DNA of 64,000 nt from Burkholderiales bacterium. Its GTDB lineage: Bacteria; Pseudomonadota; Gammaproteobacteria; Burkholderiales; Burkholderiaceae_C. Position 1 is the stretch's first letter. Each line of letters begins with the position of its first letter. A model generated the notes under the pieces. The model searched no databases. It saw nothing but the letters and a program-made list of their open reading frames with translations, and was not told where the DNA came from. The stretch is taken from contig CANGHK010000022.1 in assembly GCA_947453625.1 (NCBI GenBank), positions 4,121 through 68,120 of the forward strand, read 5' to 3'. Positions 17,495 through 26,185 of this stretch are shown in pieces. Both the position numbers and the translations under genes were made by a program.

Positions 17495-19267
17495 ATGAAC
17501 CTGACGTTCAAGCACCTGCTGCTGTCATCGCGCAGAACGGCGCAGGCCATCGGAAGCGCGCTGGTCGTGCTGGTGCTGGCGACCGCGATGCTGTCGATAT
17601 GGGTGATGCGCGGACAGGCCGAGGAGCATTGGCAAGGCGACCTCGAAACCATGTCGATGGTGCTGGCCGAGCACGCCGGCCAGAGCATGACCTCGGCTTA
17701 CCTGGTGCTCGATGACATCGCCGAAGGTTTGCGCCAGCAACACCTGGGCGGTGACGCCGCACTGCGCCAGGCCAGTGCCATGCCGACCGTTCACAGGATG
17801 CTGCGCGACAAGGCCAGCGCATCGCCGCAAATCGAAGTGGCATCGATAGTGGCCTTGAACGGCGATGTCATCACCTTCAGCCGCTCTTTCCCGGCGCCAC
17901 CGATCAACCTGGCGGACCGCGACTATTTCAAGCGGCACCGGGACAACCCTAGGCCGGAAGTGTTCGTCAGCCAACCCGTCAAGAACCGGGGCAACGGGAC
18001 CTGGACCTTCTACATCAGTCGGCGTCTGGACGATACGGCGGGGCACTTCATGGGCCTGGTGATCGTTGGCGTCACCAGCCAGTTCTTCACCGACTTCTAC
18101 GACCGCGTCCTGCAGCGTAGCCGCGGCAGGACGATAGGGCTGTTCGATCTGAACAACACCTTGCTGGCCCATTCATCGATCCGGCTTGACCCGGCGGTCA
18201 AGTCAGCCGGCGGCAGCTTGGGCGGACAAGGATCTGCCCCCGCGGCTCAGACCAGCGGCGACATCACGCCCTTGCCCGGCACGGTCAAGCTCGCAAGCGC
18301 CGAGGCGCAAGGCCTGATGGTGGACCGGGCCGTGTACAAATTTCCGCTGATGATACGGACGGGGATATCTGATGAGCTGCTGTACCAGCGCTGGCATGCC
18401 GCGGTGGCGACGATCGTCAGCGTCTCGGCCGCGGCCCTGCTGGCGCTGGTGACTTGCTTCACGCTGCTGGACCGTGTCCTCAAAAGGCGCGAGTGCGAAT
18501 TGGCCAACGCAGTGACGCTGCGCCGGCAGGCGGAGGCCGCCAACCTGGCCAAGTCCAGGTTCCTGGCCACGATCAGCCACGAGGTCCGCACCCCGTTGGC
18601 CGCAGTGCTTGGATTCTCGGAAATGCTGATCGACACGCCGATGACCACAGCGCAGCGCGACTGCGCGGTCACCGTTCATGAGGCCGGCCGCGAGTTGCTG
18701 GCGCTGACCGAAAAGATCCTGGACTTCCGCAAGATCGAGGCCGGCCAGCTGTCGATCCATCCGGCGGCCTTCGATCCCGCGGAGGTGGTCAGCGAGGTGG
18801 TTCGCCTGTTTTCAGCCCATGCGCAGAACAAGGGTCTGGTGCTGGCCGCCAGGATAGATCCGGCGGCAGCCACCGGCGTGGCGGGCGATGCAGTGGCACT
18901 GCGCCAGGTCCTGGCCAACCTGATCGAAAACGGCATCAAGTTCACCCAGGCCGGTAGCGTCCTGGTCGAACTCAAGGCGGCGGGCGACAGCAGCGGGGCA
19001 AACCACGCCCAGCTTCAATTCCGCGTCACCGACACGGGCATAGGGATCGCGACCTCGGCTCAGCAATCCGTGTTCGAACCGTTCAACCAGGTCGACAACA
19101 CGTTGGACCGCGAGTTCGGCGGCACGGGCCTGGGGCTGGCGATCTGCCAACGCCTGGTGGGTCTGATGGGGAGCCAGATCAAGTTGAGCAGCGCACCCGG
19201 CCGGGGGGCGGCATTCTGGTTCGACTTGCGTCTGCCGGTCGCCACGGTAACGACGTCAATGGCGTAG
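17495..19267 (+). CDS. Membrane sensor histidine kinase (dCache-HisKA-HATPase)
   Basis: Two TM segments, NLADRDYF Cache motif, ISHEVRTPL, NLIENGIKFT, DTGIG, GGTGLGL. Confidence 0.92.
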   Translation: MNLTFKHLLLSSRRTAQAIGSALVVLVLATAMLSIWVMRGQAEEHWQGDLETMSMVLAEHAGQSMTSAYLVLDDIAEGLRQQHLGGDAALRQASAMPTVHRMLRDKASASPQIEVASIVALNGDVITFSRSFPAPPINLADRDYFKRHRDNPRPEVFVSQPVKNRGNGTWTFYISRRLDDTAGHFMGLVIVGVTSQFFTDFYDRVLQRSRGRTIGLFDLNNTLLAHSSIRLDPAVKSAGGSLGGQGSAPAAQTSGDITPLPGTVKLASAEAQGLMVDRAVYKFPLMIRTGISDELLYQRWHAAVATIVSVSAAALLALVTCFTLLDRVLKRRECELANAVTLRRQAEAANLAKSRFLATISHEVRTPLAAVLGFSEMLIDTPMTTAQRDCAVTVHEAGRELLALTEKILDFRKIEAGQLSIHPAAFDPAEVVSEVVRLFSAHAQNKGLVLAARIDPAAATGVAGDAVALRQVLANLIENGIKFTQAGSVLVELKAAGDSSGANHAQLQFRVTDTGIGIATSAQQSVFEPFNQVDNTLDREFGGTGLGLAICQRLVGLMGSQIKLSSAPGRGAAFWFDLRLPVATVTTSMA

Positions 19268-19283
19268 ACGGCGCCGGGCGCGG

Positions 19284-20366
19284 TCAGCAGTCCAGGCAGG
19301 CGGCAGGGGGCGCTATCGGCTGACCGACGTCGATCTGCCGCTTGATGCGCCGCAGTTCGGGCAGGGTCTCGGCAAAGGCCTGGACCACCCGGGGATCGAA
19401 GCGCCTGGCCCCGTCGTTATCGAGGATTTCGGCCGCGCCATCGATCAACCCGGCGGACTTGAACGGCGACGTCGTCAACTGGTCAAAGGCGTCGGCCAGC
19501 GCCACGATCCGGCCCGACAGCGGGATGGCCTCGCCAGACAAGCCCAGCGGGTAGCCTGCACCGTCCCAGCGCTCGTGGTGGGACAGAGCGATCTCGGCGC
19601 CGAGTTGGAGCAGCGGCGAGGCCGACTTGCGCAGCAGTTGATGGCCGATGACGGTGTGCCGCTCCAAATCGCCGCGCTCGCTGTCGGTCAACGCGCTTCG
19701 CTTGAACAGCACCCGGTCGGGCACGCCGATGTTGCCGATGTCGTGCAGCGGCGCTGCAGCGATCAACTGCGCCTGCTGGGCTGGGCTCATGCCGAGCCGA
19801 TGCGCGATCGCTGCGGCATAGTGGGCCACGCGCTCGGCGTGCCTGCCGCTGCCCTCACCCCGCAGGGCCGCCATTGCCTTGAGCACGTCATGGTCTGGTG
19901 GCGGATCGCCTGCCTTGGGCGCCTTGGCCTCAACCCTGCGCGGCACCGCGAGCGCCTGGAAGCCAGCGGTGGCGCGGCCCATCGTCGGCGTGCCGGCCAG
20001 GCGTGCCAGGTTGCGCACCTGCAGCACGAACTCCTCGGGCAGGATGGGCTTGGCGATCACGTCGAGCGCGCCGGCCTGGAAGGCGGAGAGACGCACTGTC
20101 GCCGAGTCGGCACAACCCGACACCATCGCCACCGAAGTGCCGTGCAGCGCCCCGGCCTCGCGCAGCGAACTCAGCAATTGCACGCCGTCGATGCCGGGCA
20201 TCATGAAGTCCAGCAGCAAGACGGCCGGCGGCGCACCGGTGAAAGCCGACAGGGCCTGGCGGGGGTCGGTGTAGGTTCGGACATCCTGGAACCTGGCGCG
20301 CTGCAAGAGCAGGCGCATCTGGGCCAGGGCGGTCGGATTGTCATCCACGATGCCTATGAATTTCAT
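19284..20366 (-). CDS. Response regulator with HD-GYP domain (RpfG-like c-di-GMP phosphodiesterase)
   Basis: REC (VDD, LLDFMMPGIDG, KP) plus LHDIG, HTVIG, HHERWDGAGYP. Confidence 0.9.
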   Translation of the reverse strand: MKFIGIVDDNPTALAQMRLLLQRARFQDVRTYTDPRQALSAFTGAPPAVLLLDFMMPGIDGVQLLSSLREAGALHGTSVAMVSGCADSATVRLSAFQAGALDVIAKPILPEEFVLQVRNLARLAGTPTMGRATAGFQALAVPRRVEAKAPKAGDPPPDHDVLKAMAALRGEGSGRHAERVAHYAAAIAHRLGMSPAQQAQLIAAAPLHDIGNIGVPDRVLFKRSALTDSERGDLERHTVIGHQLLRKSASPLLQLGAEIALSHHERWDGAGYPLGLSGEAIPLSGRIVALADAFDQLTTSPFKSAGLIDGAAEILDNDGARRFDPRVVQAFAETLPELRRIKRQIDVGQPIAPPAACLDC

Positions 20367-20684
20367 GGTCTAATTATAGATTGAATCGTTGTTGATGATT
20401 TAAGCATTTTTTCTAATCATCAAACAGGACATCCGGTCTGGCGGCCGATCGGCCGACGTCGAAAGCGTCCGATGCGGACAGGTGCGGCGGCGGGCGGGCC
20501 ATGGCGCACGGGATTCACGCGGGGGTGGGCGACCGCCACGGCTGTCAGGCGGCCCCGGGCCGGGCGCGCGTCGACTGGTCGCTCCCCTCGCCGGGCTCAT
20601 GAATCGGAAGGACATGCCGAAAACACGTCAATATCTCGACTGGACCCGCTGGTGGTGCGAATCAAGCGCATCCCCGCCCACCCG

Positions 20685-22400
20685 ATGACCAAACGAACGC
20701 GAGACCCCGCACGCAGGACTGCAGCACCGAAGAGCCGGTGGTGGGGCGCCAGCACCTTGACGGCGGCACAGGCTTTCTGGCGGCGTCTGACCACTGGCAG
20801 CAGCCACCAGGCACCGCCTATGCGGCAGCAGGGACTTGAACCGCAAGGCCTGCTGCAGACCCTGTCCAATCTCTCGCCCGAGGGCTTGATAGTCACTGAC
20901 GCCGGCGGCAGGGTCCTGTTCATGAACCATGCCGCCGACCGTTTGCTGGGCCGCCAAGCCGGCGGTTCGGCAACGGTTGATCTGCGCCATTTCGCGCCGC
21001 CGGCTTGCCGTACCGAGCTCGAATTGCTCTTCAGCCAAGCCGATTCCCAATGGATGCGACACGCGCAAAGGCTTTCGTCCTGGCCCACCATCGTCCCGAC
21101 CGACGGACGATTGGTCCCGGTCGAGATGTCATTCGCCCCGCTGGACTGGCAAGGCAGCAAGTTGCTGTGCCTGCACCTGCGCGCACGCCACGCCGATCCT
21201 GCGCTGCGGCAAGCGCAGCCGGCCGTCGAAGCCTCGCGCCTGGGACGCAACCACGCGCTGGCTGCGGTGAGCCACGAAATCCGCACCCCGCTCAACGGCA
21301 TGACGGGCATGCTCGACCTGCTGGGACGGTCCTCTCTCGACCCCGAACAATACGAGTTGCTGAAGTGCGCCCGCATGTCGATCAAACTGCTCCGCGTTGT
21401 GCTGGACGACTTGCTGGACTTGTCCAAGGTGGAAGCCGGCAAGCTTATTTTCGAGCAGATCGCATTCGATGTGCAGGAGCAACTCGGCAGCGCCCTGCGC
21501 CTGTTCGAGGCCCGCGCCAAGGAGAAAGGCCTTGCCTTCAGCGTGCAGTGGCAGACCTCGCAACGCATACTGGTAGGTGACCCGCACCGAATCTGCCAGG
21601 TGCTCAACAACCTGGTCGACAACGCGCTCAAGTTCACGGCCGTGGGTCAGGTGATGGTGCGGGTGCAGTGCACGCCGGGGCTGGGCAAGGAGGATGACTG
21701 CGAATTGTCGATGCGTGTCGAGGACACCGGCACCGGCATTCCGCCCGATCGCCTGATGGCGGTTTTCGACGCTTTTGCCCAAGCCGAGCCCTCGGTGGGC
21801 CGCCAATTCGGCGGCACCGGTCTGGGCCTGCACCTCAGCCAGCAGTTGTGCCAAGCCATGGGCGGTGGAGCGACCGTCAGCGCGCGCGACGGCGGCGGCT
21901 GTGTCTTCACGGCGACCGTTCACTGCAAGATCGCGGTTGGCATGTCGCCATTTCGGGACACGGTGCCGTTCGAAGATGAACTGGCGCGCCGCTTGCTCGG
22001 CGCAAGCGTGCTGGTGGTCGATGACAACCGCATCAACCAGAAACTGCTGGAGCGCTGGTTGCAGAAGCAAGGCATGGCGGTGCACTGTGTCTCGGACGGC
22101 GCGGCGGCAGTGCAAGCCGTGCGCCTGAAGCCCTACGACCTCGTGTTGATGGACGTGTCCATGCCGGTGATGAACGGACTCGATGCCACTGCGGCGATCC
22201 GGGCGCTGGCAATGGCAGGCGGGTTGGTCAACCCTTACTTCTCTGCGTTGCCTATCATCGGCGTTTCCGCTCACGCCATGCATGGCGACAAGGAGGCCTG
22301 CATCAAGGTGGGCATGAACGACTACATTACCAAGCCAATCCAGCGCGATGCCTTGTTGACCAAGATATCGGCGGCGCTCTCGCTCAACGCGGCTGCCTGA
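20685..22400 (+). CDS. Cytoplasmic hybrid histidine kinase (PAS-HisKA-HATPase-REC)
   Basis: PAS (GLIVTDAGGRVLFMN), VSHEIRTPLNG, NLVDNALKFT, GGTGLGL, REC LMDVSMPVMNG; start codon uncertain. Confidence 0.9.
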   Translation: MTKRTRDPARRTAAPKSRWWGASTLTAAQAFWRRLTTGSSHQAPPMRQQGLEPQGLLQTLSNLSPEGLIVTDAGGRVLFMNHAADRLLGRQAGGSATVDLRHFAPPACRTELELLFSQADSQWMRHAQRLSSWPTIVPTDGRLVPVEMSFAPLDWQGSKLLCLHLRARHADPALRQAQPAVEASRLGRNHALAAVSHEIRTPLNGMTGMLDLLGRSSLDPEQYELLKCARMSIKLLRVVLDDLLDLSKVEAGKLIFEQIAFDVQEQLGSALRLFEARAKEKGLAFSVQWQTSQRILVGDPHRICQVLNNLVDNALKFTAVGQVMVRVQCTPGLGKEDDCELSMRVEDTGTGIPPDRLMAVFDAFAQAEPSVGRQFGGTGLGLHLSQQLCQAMGGGATVSARDGGGCVFTATVHCKIAVGMSPFRDTVPFEDELARRLLGASVLVVDDNRINQKLLERWLQKQGMAVHCVSDGAAAVQAVRLKPYDLVLMDVSMPVMNGLDATAAIRALAMAGGLVNPYFSALPIIGVSAHAMHGDKEACIKVGMNDYITKPIQRDALLTKISAALSLNAAA

Positions 22401-22500
22401 CCGAAAGACCACCCGATCAGGGCCTGGCCACCGGCAAGTCAAGCCGCGCGAGGATTGACCGGACAAGCTCGGCGATGCAGCGTGCCGGATGCACCCGGAC

Positions 22501-23265
22501 TCAGGAATCGGCGCGCGTGCCCTTGAGCGACCATTCGGCCATGGCCCGCGCGGTGCGGACCAGGATGTCGAAGTAGTCGACCACCACATCGCCTGGCTGC
22601 GTGGCCCCCGCCAGCAACTCCTGACGTATCCCTTCGGTTCGCTCGCAAGCCCGCAGCGCACCGACAGCCCGGCATTCGTGGGCAAACTCACCGAGGATCT
22701 GGACGGCACGCCCGTCCTGGCCCATGCAGGCCAGGCGGAGCAAGGAAAGCTTGCTGTTGAGCCGTTCGAGAAAGCCCAGCACAACGCAGCGTTGCCGCGG
22801 CAACTCCGCCTGTTCCGGTCCCTCGAACGACCGCGGATCGAACAGCGGCAGTGCTGCTTGCCCATCCGCCTTGCCATGTGGCTGAGGAATGGCGTCCGAC
22901 CCGACCCAGCGCAACATGTCCTGGCGCAGCAGATCGCCATCGATGCCTTTGCGGTAAGCCACATTGGCGCCGGCGAGCACGGCCATGGACCGGCCGACCT
23001 CGTCGTCGCGACTGACCAGCGCGATGATGCGCGCCTGCGAGGAGCCAACCGTCTCGCGCAAGGCACTGATCCAACTGAAACCGTCGATATCGGGCAAGCG
23101 GTAGGCGACGATCAGCAAGTCGACTTCGCACAGTCTGAACGACCTGAGCAAGGCCTTCGGCGAGTCGAAACTGGTCAGGTTCAGGTCGGACCTGTCGGGC
23201 ACCGCGCGCTCGAGCCAACGTTGCCAGGCGGGGCTGTGATCGACGATAGCGATGTTGCGGCACAT
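22501..23265 (-). CDS. Atypical receiver domain fused to a degenerate HPt-like helical domain
   Basis: IAIVDHSP...DLLIVAYRLPDIDG (Ala at the phospho-Asp position); C-terminal LGEFAHECRAVGALRAC resembles the HPt HxLKGxxxxLGA helix. Confidence 0.6.
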   Translation of the reverse strand: MCRNIAIVDHSPAWQRWLERAVPDRSDLNLTSFDSPKALLRSFRLCEVDLLIVAYRLPDIDGFSWISALRETVGSSQARIIALVSRDDEVGRSMAVLAGANVAYRKGIDGDLLRQDMLRWVGSDAIPQPHGKADGQAALPLFDPRSFEGPEQAELPRQRCVVLGFLERLNSKLSLLRLACMGQDGRAVQILGEFAHECRAVGALRACERTEGIRQELLAGATQPGDVVVDYFDILVRTARAMAEWSLKGTRADS

Positions 23266-23545
23266 GGGGTCTCGTCCGACAACTGGGACGTCAAGTAATT
23301 TTACAATTTTGTTATTTTAGATTGATATATAAGCGCTTTAATCATTGTTACAGTTTTATTTTCGATTGACCTTGTCGGTGGCACACCCGGGCGGCCGACG
23401 GTGGTTCAGACGCAAGCACATCGTGGCCACCCTCGGAGGCTGACCGCCGCGACCTCAAACGGGTTGGCAGGGTCCCCGGACCACCGACCCTTGACGGGGA
23501 GGAACGCCCGGCGCCGCCATGCCACGAAAGATCGCCGCGGAAATT

Positions 23546-23580
23546 GAAAAAGCCCTGCAACTCGTTGAGTTTCAGGGCTT
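23546..23580 (-). terminator. Intrinsic terminator downstream of tRNA-Asp
   Basis: AAGCCCTG-C-AACTC-GTT-GAGTT-T-CAGGGCTT stem followed by a U-run on the minus strand. Confidence 0.7.
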
Positions 23581-23595
23581 CTCTTTCTAGTGTCT

Positions 23596-23672
23596 TGGCG
23601 GAGTGGACGGGACTCGAACCCGCGACCCCCGGCGTGACAGGCCGGTATTCTAACCAACTGAACTACCACTCC
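23596..23672 (-). tRNA. tRNA-Asp(GTC)
   Basis: GGAGTGGTAGTTCAGTTGGTTAGAATACCGGCCTGTCACGCCGGGGGTCGCGGGTTCGAGTCCCGTCCACTCCGCCA, 77 nt with encoded CCA. Confidence 0.97.
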
Positions 23673-23684
23673 GCGACAGCTAGA

Positions 23685-23714
23685 AGTGTAGCACGCATTT
23701 TGTGGCCTTGGCAA
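23685..23714 (-). promoter_or_regulatory. Sigma70-like promoter of tRNA-Asp
   Basis: TTGCCA-N18-TACACT, 12 nt upstream of the tRNA 5' end. Confidence 0.6.
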
Positions 23715-23887
23715 GGGCAGCAGCGAAATGTCTTGAACAGTGCCACTTGCCTGTCTGCAAACAGCACAGGCCCGGGCGTTGAGCGAGGCCACAGCGGCTT
23801 GATCTAACTCAAGAAACGAAAGCATGGTCAGCGCACACTTCAGGAGACCGGGTCCTATAGCCCCCTCGCAACGCACCGGAGTTCAGC

Positions 23888-24322
23888 ATGTACCAACGCA
23901 TTCTTGTCCCCACCGACGGTTCGGACATCACCGCGAAGGCGGTCACGAGCGCCATCACCCTGGCCAAGCTGTCGGGCGCGGCCATCTCCACCTTGAGCGT
24001 CAAGGAGCCCTTCCCCTACAGCGCGATCTCTGAGATGCAGCCTGTACCGCCGCAGGAGTTCTACGACGCCCAGGAGCGCATCGCCGCCGGCCGGGTGCAG
24101 GCCGTGCTCGACGCCGCTGCGGCCGCCGGCGTGGTGTGCGAGGGCGCCACCGTGGAGGCGCTGCACCCCTGGGAAGCCATCATCGAGATGGCCAAGCAAA
24201 AGAGTTGCGACCTGATCGTGATGGCCTCGCACGGCCGGCGCGGCATGGCCGCGCTGCTGATCGGCAGCGAAACCAGCCGGGTGCTGACCCACAGCCCGCT
24301 GCCGGTACTGGTGGTGAAATGA
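23888..24322 (+). CDS. Universal stress protein (UspA family)
   Basis: YQRILVPTDGS, DLIVMASHGRRG, IGSET, PVLVV. Confidence 0.93.
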   Translation: MYQRILVPTDGSDITAKAVTSAITLAKLSGAAISTLSVKEPFPYSAISEMQPVPPQEFYDAQERIAAGRVQAVLDAAAAAGVVCEGATVEALHPWEAIIEMAKQKSCDLIVMASHGRRGMAALLIGSETSRVLTHSPLPVLVVK

Positions 24323-24356
24323 CTTGCCAGGCTTGGCGGCGCGCTTGCCGCGCTGC

Positions 24357-25139
24357 TCAGCCCGCAGGCATCAGCGCCTTGACCACGGTCACCAGCGAAA
24401 GACCCGCCGCGATCCAGCCCAGTTGCGCCAGCGTGGAGCGCAGTGGCAGCCGCCGCTGCAACTGCGGCAACAAATCGGCCACCGCCACGTAGACGAAGCT
24501 GCTCGACGCGGCCACCAGCAGGTAGGGAAACAGCGCTTCCCAGGGACCGACGACAAAATAGCCAAGCACGCCCCCAGCCACCGAGGCCAGGCCCGAAATC
24601 GCGTTGTACAGCAGCGCCTTGCGGCGGCTGAAACCGGCGTTGAGCAGCACGATGTAGTCGCCGACCTCCTGCGGGATCTCGTGGGCGATGATCGCCAGCG
24701 ATGTCACCAGGCCCAGCTGGGTGTCGGCCAGGAAGGCCGCAGCGATGATGATGCCGTCGCAGAAGTTGTGGATGCTGTCACCCACCAGCACGCTCCAACC
24801 GCCGCGCCCGGCCTGCTCGGCGTCGAAGCCATGACCGTGGTGGTGGTGCGGGTCGTCGCCTTCGTGGTGGTGGCCATGCCGGTACAACTCGGCCTTTTCC
24901 AGCAGGAAGAAGAACATCAAGCCGCCCAGAAGCGTGGCAAACAGGCGCTGCGGCTCGACCTTGCTCTCGAAAGCCTCGGGCAGCACATGCAGCAGCGCCG
25001 TGCCCAGCAGCACGCCCACTGACAAGCTCACCAGGTGGCGCACGATGCGGCCCAGCAGCGCCAGCGTCAGCGAGGCCGCCACCAGCACCGACAGCAGGCC
25101 ACCGGCCAGCGTCGACAGCACGATGTAGAACAACGTCAC
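24357..25139 (-). CDS. ZIP family metal transporter
   Basis: His-rich loop, GDSIHNFCDG, HEIPQEVGD. Confidence 0.92.
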   Translation of the reverse strand: MTLFYIVLSTLAGGLLSVLVAASLTLALLGRIVRHLVSLSVGVLLGTALLHVLPEAFESKVEPQRLFATLLGGLMFFFLLEKAELYRHGHHHEGDDPHHHHGHGFDAEQAGRGGWSVLVGDSIHNFCDGIIIAAAFLADTQLGLVTSLAIIAHEIPQEVGDYIVLLNAGFSRRKALLYNAISGLASVAGGVLGYFVVGPWEALFPYLLVAASSSFVYVAVADLLPQLQRRLPLRSTLAQLGWIAAGLSLVTVVKALMPAG

Positions 25140-25194
25140 CGGATCTGCCTCGCGTCAGCCAGGCAGCGCAGCGGGCCTGACAGGCCAGCCTGCT

Positions 25195-26070
25195 TCAGAC
25201 CACACCCCGGGCCTTGAACCAGGCCAGGCAGCGCTTCCAGCCATCGGCGGCGGCGTCCTGGCGGTAGCTGGGCCGGTAGTCGGCGTGGAAAGCATGCGGC
25301 GCATCGGGATAGACCACGATGTCGGACTGCCTGGCCGCCGCGCTGCCCGCGGCCAGCGCGGCTTTCATGCGCTCCACCGACGCCAGCGGGATGCCGCTGT
25401 CCTGGCCGCCGTACAGGCCGAGCACCGGCGCGTTGAGCTGGGCCACCCGGTCGACGGGATGGGCCGGGTTCAACGCCGAGGTCGGCCCCTCCAGCCGGCC
25501 ATACCAGGCCACGCCGGCCTTGACCGCCGGGTTGTGCGCGGCGTAGAGCCAGCTGATACGCCCGCCCCAGCAGAATCCCGTGATGCCCAGCCGGCTGGCG
25601 TCGGCGCCCTGCCCGCGCGCCCAGGCCACGCTGGCATCGAGGTCGCCCATCACCTGCGCATCGGGCACCTTGTTGATCACTTCGCTGATCAGCTTGGCGA
25701 TCTCGCCGTAAGCGCCGGCGTCGCCCTGGCGCACGAACAACTCGGGAGCGACCGCGAAATAGCCTTGCCTGGCCAGGCGCCGTGCCACGTCGGCGATGTG
25801 CTCATGCACGCCGAAGATCTCGCTGACCACCAGCACCACCGGTGCATCGGCCTTGCCCGCCGGCGCGGCGCAGTAGGCCGGCAGCTTGAAATCGCCGACC
25901 GGAATCATCACCTCGCCCGCCACCAGGCCGGCGCTGTCGGTCTTGATCACCGTCTGCGCCGTCACCGGCAGGACGGCGGCGGCGAAGCCCGCACCGACCG
26001 AGGTGCGCACGAAATCTCGCCGGCTGAAATCGCGGCTGGGCGTCAGGCTGTCGAAGTCTTGTCGCAACAT
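25195..26070 (-). CDS. Dienelactone hydrolase family protein (YghX-like) with twin-arginine motif
   Basis: SRRDFV, SEIFGVHEHI, GFCWGG, HAFHADYRPSY. Confidence 0.9.
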   Translation of the reverse strand: MLRQDFDSLTPSRDFSRRDFVRTSVGAGFAAAVLPVTAQTVIKTDSAGLVAGEVMIPVGDFKLPAYCAAPAGKADAPVVLVVSEIFGVHEHIADVARRLARQGYFAVAPELFVRQGDAGAYGEIAKLISEVINKVPDAQVMGDLDASVAWARGQGADASRLGITGFCWGGRISWLYAAHNPAVKAGVAWYGRLEGPTSALNPAHPVDRVAQLNAPVLGLYGGQDSGIPLASVERMKAALAAGSAAARQSDIVVYPDAPHAFHADYRPSYRQDAAADGWKRCLAWFKARGVV

Positions 26071-26185
26071 GGAGTCTCCCGGGGTGGTCAAGGGCGGCGG
26101 ATCAGCTCGACGAAGCGACCCGCCCCGACCCGCATTCTAGGAAGCCGCAGAGCAAGCGCCCGGCCACCGAGCCGATACCGGTAGC

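Noticed and set aside
17340..23620. Intact integrative element at tRNA-Asp
   Set aside because: No integrase or transposase, and I found no duplicate of the tRNA 3' end at the left boundary.
23406..23876. 156-aa ORF on the minus strand
   Set aside because: It runs through tRNA-Asp, its promoter and its terminator; spurious.
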